64,000 nt of DNA from Candidatus Bipolaricaulota bacterium (lineage in GTDB: Bacteria; Bipolaricaulota; Bipolaricaulia; RBG-16-55-9). Below are positions 48,343 through 56,460 of the stretch, in pieces. The position numbers and the translations under genes were made by a program. The stretch covers positions 30 through 64,029 of the forward strand of contig JALSGO010000083.1 of the NCBI GenBank assembly GCA_026982655.1, in the 5' to 3' direction. Below the pieces are notes generated by a model. That model saw nothing but the letters and a program-made list of their open reading frames with translations. It was not told the origin of the DNA and made no database searches. The number at the start of each line of letters is the position of its first letter. Within the stretch, counting starts at the first letter, position 1.

Positions 48343-48669
48343 ATGTCTGCAGAAGCGCGGCGCGGGATCGACAGCAGGTTCCGGGATCTCCTGTCCCTGT
48401 TGCTCATCGGGGTGTTGATCCTGCCGATGGCCGGCCCCTCCGGCCCCTTCACGGAGTCAGGGGCGTGTTCGGGGAACCCGCTTGAGGCGGGATGCGCTGC
48501 GATTCTGCATGTCGCCCGAGGCACGGCCGGTCATTGCCTGCCTTGTGGTGCCGTTGTCCTCCTGAGCTCTCCTCTGCCCTTTGCCTGGGCACTCGTAGGG
48601 GATTGGACTTCCGCCGGACTTGGCAGCCCGTTGGATCCGTCCTTTGTGCCCTGGCGTCCCCCTGCCTGA
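48343..48669 (+). CDS. Small Cys/His-rich membrane protein, probably leaderless (ATG 8 nt after the -10)
   Basis: TM helix LLSLLLIGVLILPMAG then GACSGN...GCAA...HCLPCG cysteine cluster; no SD. Confidence 0.4.
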   Translation: MSAEARRGIDSRFRDLLSLLLIGVLILPMAGPSGPFTESGACSGNPLEAGCAAILHVARGTAGHCLPCGAVVLLSSPLPFAWALVGDWTSAGLGSPLDPSFVPWRPPA

Positions 48670-48784
48670 CCTCCGCTTCGTTCTTTTGCCCGTGCCCGCG
48701 GTCCTTTGAACGGGCCTTCGTCGGCCTAAGGGATCGTACGTATCTCAACTCCATCTGCAATCTGCACAAGGAGCAGGAGGTCGA

Positions 48785-49270
48785 GTGCCAATGCCTAAGA
48801 AGACGAACAAGGATCGGAAGGTCAAGCAGCAGCGTCTACTCCGGCAGGGGGCGGCCGGGGGCTGGCGGCCCTGGGCCTTTGGGGCCGTCACCCTCGGGGT
48901 GCTAACAGCCGCGTTTGGGCTGCTCTTGCCGAAGTTCTTCGCCGACGGTCCCGCAGCGGACGGGGAGGCCAACGTCATCCTGGTCGAAGCGGACATGGCC
49001 GGGCTCTATCCCAAGGAGATCCGGGTCAAGGCCGGGGAGCCCGTGACCATCCGCCTGCGCAGCTTGGACAACCGGTTCCACCTGGACGGGGGAGGCAAGC
49101 ACCAGTTCGCCATCGACGAGCTGGGGGTCAACATCATCGCTCCGCCGCTCGGCACGGCCGAGGCCACCTTCATCCCTACGGAACCGGGTGAATACGAGTT
49201 CTACTGCGACATCTGCTGCGGCGGGCGGGCCAACCCGACCATGGTAGGGAGGCTGATCGTCGAGCTATGA
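48785..49270 (+). CDS. Cupredoxin-like domain protein (EYEFYCDICCGG motif), membrane-anchored
   Basis: Paralog of 42768-43142 (shared PGEYEF-xC motif and beta-sandwich core); GGAGCAGGAGG RBS. Confidence 0.6.
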   Translation: MPMPKKTNKDRKVKQQRLLRQGAAGGWRPWAFGAVTLGVLTAAFGLLLPKFFADGPAADGEANVILVEADMAGLYPKEIRVKAGEPVTIRLRSLDNRFHLDGGGKHQFAIDELGVNIIAPPLGTAEATFIPTEPGEYEFYCDICCGGRANPTMVGRLIVEL

Positions 49271-50109
49271 GCGCTCTGACCCAGATCTCCGCGCGCAAGG
49301 TGGTGCTGGCCTCGGCGATCGCCCTGGGGGTGATCGCCGCCGCGGTCTTCTTGGGGCTGCGGCACCCCTCCGCCCAGGCCGTCCCGATGAGCCCGCTCCT
49401 CCCGGCGGTGACGCTGGGGACCATCGTGGTGGCCGGGATCGTCGACGGGATCAACCCCTGTGCCTTCACGGTGCTCCTACTGTTCGTTACTGCCCTGCTC
49501 GCGAGCCTGCAAACCCGCAGCGACGTCGGGATCGCCGAGAACGTGGGGGCCACGCGCGCCCGGATCGTGGGGCTCGGCTCCATCTACATCGCAGCCATCT
49601 TCCTCACCTACCTGGCGCTGGGGGCGGGGCTCTTGGTGACGGCAGATCTCTTCGTGCGGGAGCACCTGCCCGCCCGGATCGGGGCGCTGCTCGCCATCTT
49701 CCTCGGGCTGTGGATGCTCAAGGACTACTTCCTGCCCGGGTGGGGCTGGCGGCTGGGGGCCCCCAAGGTCGTGGGGGAGTGGGCCCGGCGCGCGGCCCGG
49801 AAGATGACCGTCCCGGCGCTGGCGCTCGGGGGCTTTCTCATCGGGCTCTGCACCGTGCCCTGCAGCGGGGCGGTCTACCTGGCGGTGCTGGCGCTCCTCT
49901 CGACCCAGCCGACCGCGACGGCCTTCGGGTACCTGGTGCTCTACAACCTGATGTTCATCCTCCCGTTGGTCGGGGTGCTGGCCGTGGCCGCGTCGCGCCC
50001 GGCGCTGAACCGCTTGGCCCGCTGGAACCTCCACCACCGGGAGGGGGTCCGGCTGGCCTTGGGGTCGGGTGTCGTGCTCATGGGGCTGTTCATCCTGTAC
50101 ACCGTCTAG
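49267..50109 (+). CDS. Cytochrome c biogenesis CcdA/DsbD-family thiol-disulfide transmembrane protein
   Basis: Two TM-embedded Cys (DGINPCAF; CTVPCSGAV) in 6-8 TM helices. Confidence 0.7.
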   Translation: MSALTQISARKVVLASAIALGVIAAAVFLGLRHPSAQAVPMSPLLPAVTLGTIVVAGIVDGINPCAFTVLLLFVTALLASLQTRSDVGIAENVGATRARIVGLGSIYIAAIFLTYLALGAGLLVTADLFVREHLPARIGALLAIFLGLWMLKDYFLPGWGWRLGAPKVVGEWARRAARKMTVPALALGGFLIGLCTVPCSGAVYLAVLALLSTQPTATAFGYLVLYNLMFILPLVGVLAVAASRPALNRLARWNLHHREGVRLALGSGVVLMGLFILYTV

Positions 50110-50159
50110 CTGGGAAACGGAGAACGGATCGAGAACCCAGGAGAAAGGAGGAAGCGGCG

Positions 50160-50480
50160 GTGAACAACCATCATGCGGGAGGCGGCAAGCCCTGCCACGT
50201 CGAGCGGCTGGAGAAAGAGGTGGACATGGAGGCGCTGCGCTCCACCCGGGTCAGCATCCTGGCGGTGACGGGGATGGGGTGTCCCAACTGTGCCCTGCGG
50301 GTGCACAACGCGCTCCTCGCCCTCCCCGGCGTCCATCGGGTGGACGTGGAGCTGGAGGCCGAGCGGGCGATCGTCTACTGGGACCCGACCGCCCTGCAGC
50401 CGGAGAGGCTGATCGAGGCGGTCTCCCAGGCTGCGGCGGGGACCCCTCACGACTACCGGGCGTACTTCGTGAAGCCGTAG
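50160..50480 (+). CDS. Heavy-metal-associated (HMA) domain protein, CopZ-like (GMGCPNC)
   Basis: MxCxxC motif in beta-alpha-beta-beta-alpha-beta context; AGGAGAAAGGAGG RBS before GTG 50160. Confidence 0.65.
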   Translation: MNNHHAGGGKPCHVERLEKEVDMEALRSTRVSILAVTGMGCPNCALRVHNALLALPGVHRVDVELEAERAIVYWDPTALQPERLIEAVSQAAAGTPHDYRAYFVKP

Positions 50481-50642
50481 CGGAGCCACAGACGCAGAGC
50501 GGGGCTGCCCGGGGCCCGAGTCACCGTCGTCGCATCGGCTTCCACCTCCGCCCCGGGCAGCTCCCCGCCCTGCCCGCCGACGGCAGGGAGCTCCCACACA
50601 CGGGGAGAGAAGGAGAAAGGGAAGACACAAGGAGGGATTTCC

Positions 50643-51173
50643 ATGGACCTTAGGCTCATCGCCGTTGCGATCGTCTCCTTGGCGCTGGGGTTCCTCTTGG
50701 CCTCCGGCCTGCGCCCGGAGGTCGGGGTGGGGCCTTCGGAGGCGGAGCGGATCTTGGAGCGGCTGCGGCGCGAGATCATCCCGGAGGAGGGCAGCCCCAC
50801 GGGCTACGGGATCGCCTTCAGCGAGGCGGGCTACCAGACCCTGGTGGCCAAGAACCGCACACTCAGCGTCCCGCCCGAGCGGGCGGACGACTTCGAGGGC
50901 CTGGACATGAGCCTGCCCTGCTGTCCCTTCCAGAGCCCGAGCGTCGACGAGGCGAAGAACTGCCCGTGCGAGCACCATCAGGCGCTCTACGGGCTGGCCA
51001 AGTGGCTCCTCCAAGAAGACTATCCCGCAGACCGGGTCCAGGAGGAGGTGGCGCGCTGGAGCCGCTACCTCTTCCCCAAGGAGGCGCTGCGGGCGGAGAT
51101 GGAGCGGCGGGCGAAGCTCGATCCCGCCGTCGAAGCCGCCCTGGAGGAGCTCAAGGCCAAGGGGAAGTGCTAG
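50643..51173 (+). CDS. Membrane-anchored Cys-rich hypothetical protein (LPCCPF...NCPCEHH motifs)
   Basis: N-terminal TM helix; two CC/CxC clusters plus HH; AAGGAGGGA RBS. Confidence 0.5.
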   Translation: MDLRLIAVAIVSLALGFLLASGLRPEVGVGPSEAERILERLRREIIPEEGSPTGYGIAFSEAGYQTLVAKNRTLSVPPERADDFEGLDMSLPCCPFQSPSVDEAKNCPCEHHQALYGLAKWLLQEDYPADRVQEEVARWSRYLFPKEALRAEMERRAKLDPAVEAALEELKAKGKC

Positions 51174-51227
51174 GCCGATTGGAACAGGGACGACCCGACG
51201 AGATCGAGGACGAGGAGGCGAGCGACG

Positions 51228-52541
51228 ATGATGGCATCCACAGCCGAACCGGCGGAAACGGAACCCCGACGGGGCGGGGGCCTGGGGAAGAGCCTTCGGG
51301 AGCGCTGGGCGCTCTGGACCCTGGGGCTGTTCGCCCTGCTGATCGTAGGGCTCTTCTTCTTCTACCGCCCGCCCATGGAGGAGAGCATCACGGGGGACAC
51401 CTTCCACCCCATCCGCGGGCTGATCGGCTTCCCCCACGGCCCGGGGGCCGCCGCGGAACCCTACGACGAGGAGGCCCTCGACCGCTTCGTGGAGGAGACG
51501 ATCGCGGAGACCTACGCCAAGGCGCGCATCGATCAGATCAAGCTCCTCCTCATGGGGCTCCTCATCGGCTTGATCCCGCTGGGCTATTACCGCGGTCGGT
51601 CGGACCGCCTAAAGCGCCTGGGACAGCGGGTCAACAAGATCTGGGACCCCTACACCTTCGGCACCGTCTCGGGGCTCCTTTTGGTGGGGGTGATCATCCC
51701 TACGGGGACGGTCCTCGGCCTCTTCTACAGCGCCGACGCGGAGAAGCTCTACGAGAGCATGGCGGGCATCGTGGGGAACCCCATCCTGAGTTTCCTGCGC
51801 AACCTCCACCTCTGGGCCTCGGAGGCGTTCTTGCTCTTCCTGTTCCTGCACACGGCCCGGATCGTCTCCACGCGGGCCTACTTTGCGGGACGCAAGCTCG
51901 TCTGGGTTCTGGGTGTCGTGCTGCTTGTGATCAGCTGGGCGACCTTCCTGATCGGCACCTTCATCCGGGGGGACCAGGAAGCGTTTGAGGCCTGGGTCCA
52001 CATGATGGCCCTCATCCGCTTCATCCCCCTCGTCGGGGACCCGATCGCCGACTTCTTCTCCGGCCCCTTCGCCGTCATGCGGCTGTACGTCTTCCACATC
52101 GTGATCACCACCATCGCCTTGCTGCTGATTCTGGCACCCCACGTGCTGATGCAGAAGGTGTACGTCCACGTGCAGCGGCGCTGGAGGGCGGCCCTTCGCT
52201 ACACCCTGGGGCTTACGGCCCTGATCGCGGTCCTCAGCCTGCTGGTGCCCGCCCCCTTCCTGGCGGAGCCCTACCACGACCTGGAGATCACCAAGCCACC
52301 GTGGCCCTATTACTTCCTGTACGCCTGGGAGAACATCGGCGGCGCGGTGAGCATGATCTGGTCGCCGCTGCTCATCCTGGTGCCGCTGCTTCTGCTGCCG
52401 TACGCGCTGGAGCAGCTGCCACTCGCCCGCCGGACCGCCCAACGGGTGGGCGACTGGGTCTTCTACGGCGGGGTCCTGATCACCTTAGGGCTGAGCTACT
52501 GGGTGGCCGCCTCGGGAATTGTGGCCCACGTCTTCGAATGA
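51228..52541 (+). CDS. Cytochrome b (bc-complex type), second paralog
   Basis: Bis-His helix motifs (NLHLWASEAFLLFLFLH; WVHMMALIRF...FHIVITT), 8-10 TM helices. Confidence 0.7.
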   Translation: MMASTAEPAETEPRRGGGLGKSLRERWALWTLGLFALLIVGLFFFYRPPMEESITGDTFHPIRGLIGFPHGPGAAAEPYDEEALDRFVEETIAETYAKARIDQIKLLLMGLLIGLIPLGYYRGRSDRLKRLGQRVNKIWDPYTFGTVSGLLLVGVIIPTGTVLGLFYSADAEKLYESMAGIVGNPILSFLRNLHLWASEAFLLFLFLHTARIVSTRAYFAGRKLVWVLGVVLLVISWATFLIGTFIRGDQEAFEAWVHMMALIRFIPLVGDPIADFFSGPFAVMRLYVFHIVITTIALLLILAPHVLMQKVYVHVQRRWRAALRYTLGLTALIAVLSLLVPAPFLAEPYHDLEITKPPWPYYFLYAWENIGGAVSMIWSPLLILVPLLLLPYALEQLPLARRTAQRVGDWVFYGGVLITLGLSYWVAASGIVAHVFE

Positions 52542-52590
52542 GGAGGGCCGGACTTGACAACCCTCCCCGGATGGGGTACAGTGAGACCAT

Positions 52591-52613
52591 ATCCCACCCC
52601 AGGTGGGGTGGAT
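52591..52613 (+). promoter_or_regulatory. CsoR-type operator (imperfect): ATCCCACCCC-AGGT-GGGGTGGAT immediately before GATAAG and the MMPL gene start
   Basis: Read directly; TTGACA at 52554-52559 upstream. Confidence 0.5.
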
Positions 52614-52618
52614 AAGGG

Positions 52619-55573
52619 GTGAAGCGAATGGCCCGAGGGCCGGACTTCCTGATACGTTGGCGCGTGCCGCTGCTGGTCGCCGTCCTGGTGGCCACCGCGC
52701 TCTTGGGCGCGGCGGTCATGGGAGCCAAGCTCAACGCCGACTTCTCCACGTATCTTTCCCAAGACAGCCCGCTCGTCCGGGAGTTCAACCGCGTCGGCGA
52801 GGTCTTCAAGGCCAACTACGTCGGCATGGTCCTCGTCCGGACCGAGGATCTGTTCACCCCCGAGAACCTCAGGCTGCTGGATCGCCTGACCCGAGCGTAT
52901 AAGTCCATCGAGGGCGTCGACTCGGTGACCAGCCTCACCAACGCCGTCGACTTCCGGCGGGCCGACGGCGGCCTGGTTGTGGGAAAACTCCTCGAGGGCA
53001 AGCCCCTCCCGACGGCGCCCGAGGAGCTGGAGAGGTTCAAGCGCTACGTGCTCTCCAAGGAGATGTACGTCGGCGCGTTGGTCAACGCCAAGGGCACCAC
53101 CGCCGTGATCCTGGTGCGCCTGCTTCCCAAGGTGAATCACTTCAAGGTCGCCGGGCAGATCGACCAAGTCACCCAGGAGATCGCGCCCAATGCAGAAAAC
53201 ATCTACTACGGCGGGATGCCCTTCCTCATCTACTCCATGACCGGGCTCATCCTCGACAACCTCTTCTTCCTGGTGCCGCTGATCATCCTGTTGCTCGTGG
53301 GGGTGCTGGAGCTGGGTTTCCGCCGCCTGGGCGGGGTGCTCGCCCCCCTGACCGTGGTGCTGCTCGCCGTGGTCTGGACGATGGGGATCCTGGCGCTCCT
53401 GGGCCGCCCGATCGACCTTCTGACCGGGATCGTCCCCATCATCCTCATCGCGATGGGCTCGGCGGACGGGATCCACTTCATGCGGCGCTTCTACGAGGCG
53501 CGGGCCGCCGGAGCCGAGCGCCGCGAGGCCGTGAAAATCACAATGAGGGAGATGGGCACGCCGATCGTCTTTACGTCCATCACGACCATGATCGGGTTCG
53601 CCTCGCTGGCCATCTCGAACTTCGACATCATCCGGACGTTCGGCTGGGCCACCGCGCTGGGGATCTTCCTGGCGCTGGTCGTCACCCTGATCGTGCTCCC
53701 CGCCGGACTGTCCTTTGGCCGGGAGCGGGCCTCCGTGCCTGCCGAGACGGACAACAGCGGGAGGCCGCGCAGCGTCCGGGGAGGGAGCCGGGCGATGGCC
53801 GCCCTGGGCGGGGGGATCCACCGGCGTCCGGGCGCGATCGCGCTCCTGACGGTGGGGGTGATCGCGCTGGCCGCGGTGGGGATCCCCCGCATCGTGGTGA
53901 ACGTGGACTGGTCGCTCTGTCTGGCACGGGGCAGCAAGCCGTACTTGGCGGAGATGCTGCTGCGCCGGGAGTTCGGCGGCTCCCTGCCCCTGCTCGTGTC
54001 CGTGAAGGGCGACGTCAAGGACCCGGCGACGCTGGAGACGATGCGGGCCGTGGAGCGCCACCTCGACGCGCTGCCCGAGGTGAGCGAGGCCGAGTCGATA
54101 GCGTCGGTGCTGGCGGAGATGAACTGGACGCTCAACGGGCGCTTCGCCGTGCCCACCGAGCGGGCTCAAGTCAACAACTTGTGGTTCCTGCTCCAGGGAC
54201 AAGACGTGCTCGATCAGATGGTCCGCTCGGACAACCAAGAGGCGCTGGTGCAGGCGAAGGTGGCCTCGCTGGGCACGGCGGTGATCAGCCGGGTGGTCGA
54301 GGACGTGAACGCCTTCTTGAGCCGCCTGCCCCAGAAGTTGGTCGTCGTGGACGCCGCCCAAGCGCCCCCGGATGCTCAACAGGCGCTGAGGGAACTCCAA
54401 GCTCAGCAAGTGAAAGAGGCTCTGGCTCAAGACCTGCGGGCCAAAGGCCTTTCGGTTGAACCCGCGGCGCTCGAAGCTGTTGTTGAGGCAGCGCAGAGCT
54501 GGACCCCCGGCGAACCCGACTACGCGGCGCTCGGCGAAGCCATTGAGAAATATTTGCTGAGCCCCGAGTCCGAGGTGCCGTTCGACGACCCTGCACAGGC
54601 CGCGACGATAGCCGAGTCGATCACCACAGCGCTCAGCGAGCGAGGCGGACGGCCATTGAGTGTCTCTGAGTTAGAAGCGTTGCTGCGCCCCCAGGTCGAG
54701 ACGTCCTACCCCGAGGACGTGGCCTGGCTGGCAGAGGCGTTAGTTTATCGCGTCGATGAGTTTTTAGATGCCCGTCGCGTGGAGGCGGCTTACGCGCAGC
54801 TGGCCGCCCAGCTGCCCCCGGAGGCGCGCTCCAACACGGATCTTGCGAAGAAGCTGCGCGGCGACCTTTGGGGGCTGACGACTGCGACGCTGGCGCTCGG
54901 TCCCCAGCAGTACGAGTCCCTGCAGGCCCAATATGGTCTGGACCTCGCGCGGACGGTGACCCTGGCCGCCGAGCCCTCGGGCCTAGCCCCGGTGCTGGAT
55001 CAGATGGAGAAGGAGCTGCTCCCCACCCAGATCGAGAGCACGGCGCTGGCCTTGTTGGCCGTGACGCTCTTGCTGATTTTGGTGTTCCGCTCGCTGCGGG
55101 CGGGGCTTTTGGGGATCGTCCCCGTGGGCCTGACCATTCTGGTCAATTTCGCAGTGTTAGGCTACTTCGGCATCGGCCTGGACTCGTTCACCGCGATGAT
55201 CGCCAGCATCACCATCGGCCTGGGGATCGACTACGCGATCCACTTCACCCACCGCTTCCGGAAGGAGTTCGAGCGCTCCGGCGACGAGCGGACGGCCCTC
55301 ATCACCACGTTGCAGACGACGGGCGTGGCGATCCTCATCAATTCGTTTTCGGTGGGCGCGGGGTTCGCCGTGCTGCTCTTGGCCGGCGGCCAGCACATCC
55401 GGCTCTTGGGAGGCCTTACGGCAATAGCGCTCCTGGTGAGCGCGCTCTTCACCCTGGTCGTGCTCCCGGCGCTCACGCTCTTGTGGAAGCCGCGCTACTT
55501 TCAGACCCCCGTCGTCGTGGAGCCGAAGCTGCGCCCTGAGCCCGAAGCCGAGAGGGGAGTTCAAAGCGCGTGA
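52619..55573 (+). CDS. RND superfamily transporter, MMPL family (984 aa, large periplasmic domains)
   Basis: Duplicated 6-TM bundles, MMPL motifs (GSADGIHFMRRF; GLGIDYAIHFTHRF); real start may be ATG 52628 (leaderless). Confidence 0.8.
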   Translation: MKRMARGPDFLIRWRVPLLVAVLVATALLGAAVMGAKLNADFSTYLSQDSPLVREFNRVGEVFKANYVGMVLVRTEDLFTPENLRLLDRLTRAYKSIEGVDSVTSLTNAVDFRRADGGLVVGKLLEGKPLPTAPEELERFKRYVLSKEMYVGALVNAKGTTAVILVRLLPKVNHFKVAGQIDQVTQEIAPNAENIYYGGMPFLIYSMTGLILDNLFFLVPLIILLLVGVLELGFRRLGGVLAPLTVVLLAVVWTMGILALLGRPIDLLTGIVPIILIAMGSADGIHFMRRFYEARAAGAERREAVKITMREMGTPIVFTSITTMIGFASLAISNFDIIRTFGWATALGIFLALVVTLIVLPAGLSFGRERASVPAETDNSGRPRSVRGGSRAMAALGGGIHRRPGAIALLTVGVIALAAVGIPRIVVNVDWSLCLARGSKPYLAEMLLRREFGGSLPLLVSVKGDVKDPATLETMRAVERHLDALPEVSEAESIASVLAEMNWTLNGRFAVPTERAQVNNLWFLLQGQDVLDQMVRSDNQEALVQAKVASLGTAVISRVVEDVNAFLSRLPQKLVVVDAAQAPPDAQQALRELQAQQVKEALAQDLRAKGLSVEPAALEAVVEAAQSWTPGEPDYAALGEAIEKYLLSPESEVPFDDPAQAATIAESITTALSERGGRPLSVSELEALLRPQVETSYPEDVAWLAEALVYRVDEFLDARRVEAAYAQLAAQLPPEARSNTDLAKKLRGDLWGLTTATLALGPQQYESLQAQYGLDLARTVTLAAEPSGLAPVLDQMEKELLPTQIESTALALLAVTLLLILVFRSLRAGLLGIVPVGLTILVNFAVLGYFGIGLDSFTAMIASITIGLGIDYAIHFTHRFRKEFERSGDERTALITTLQTTGVAILINSFSVGAGFAVLLLAGGQHIRLLGGLTAIALLVSALFTLVVLPALTLLWKPRYFQTPVVVEPKLRPEPEAERGVQSA

Positions 55574-55624
55574 GGAATTTCGTCGGGGAGAGAATATCCC
55601 GTACAATAACAGGAGGTTGTTCCC

Positions 55625-56407
55625 ATGAAGCGTAGTGGAAGTAGAACGAGAACGGTGATCCTCGGACTGACGGTGACGTTGCTCCTGGCGGTCGGCGCTT
55701 GGGCGATCACGGGCGACGAGGTGCTGCAGAGGTCTCAAGAGGCGATGCGGCCCGGCCAGGACGCGACGATCACGGAACGGATGACGATCGCCAAGCCCGA
55801 CGGCCAGACGGACGTGCTGGAGCTCAAGATGTACATGAAGGGGGAGAAGACGCTGATCCGCGTCCTCGCCCCGGAGGACTTCGCGGGCATTGGGCTGTTG
55901 ATCCTGCCCCAGGAGGACGGCGGCGAGGAGATCTGGCTCTATCTTCCGGCCTTCCGGGACGTGAAGCAGATCGTGGCCGAATCCTTGAGCGAGGGCTTCG
56001 TCGGCTCGGACTTCGCCTACGAAGATCTCACGGTGCGCTACACCTCCAAGTGGGACGTGACCTCCATGAGCGAGGAGGAAGGGCAATACGTCCTGACGCT
56101 GGCTCCCAAGCCCGAGGCCCAGCTCAGTTACAGCGGGGCGCGCATGTGGGTGGACCAGGAGACGTTCCTGCCCACGCGGGCGGAGTTCGACCGGGAGGGA
56201 GAGCTGCTCAAGGTGCTGACCCTCTCGGAAGTGCAGGACTTCCCCAGCGTCGCGGACCCCGAGACGAGCTACCCCACCCCGACGCGGATCGAGATGGCCA
56301 ACGTGAAGACGGGGAGCCGGACCCTCATCGAGCTTTTGGAGGTCGAGTACGACACCGGGCTCTCGGACGACTTCTTCACCGTACGCAACCTCAAGCGGGG
56401 CGAATAA
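55625..56407 (+). CDS. LolA-like outer-membrane lipoprotein-sorting family protein (MMPL-associated)
   Basis: Signal peptide, LolA-like half-barrel signature (IWLYLPAFRDVKQI...GSDFAYEDL); paralog of 60626-61486. Confidence 0.65.
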   Translation: MKRSGSRTRTVILGLTVTLLLAVGAWAITGDEVLQRSQEAMRPGQDATITERMTIAKPDGQTDVLELKMYMKGEKTLIRVLAPEDFAGIGLLILPQEDGGEEIWLYLPAFRDVKQIVAESLSEGFVGSDFAYEDLTVRYTSKWDVTSMSEEEGQYVLTLAPKPEAQLSYSGARMWVDQETFLPTRAEFDREGELLKVLTLSEVQDFPSVADPETSYPTPTRIEMANVKTGSRTLIELLEVEYDTGLSDDFFTVRNLKRGE

Positions 56408-56460
56408 GACTGGACTGAGCTAAGATAGCCGTACACAAGCCGTAAAGGGAGAGGAGGGGG

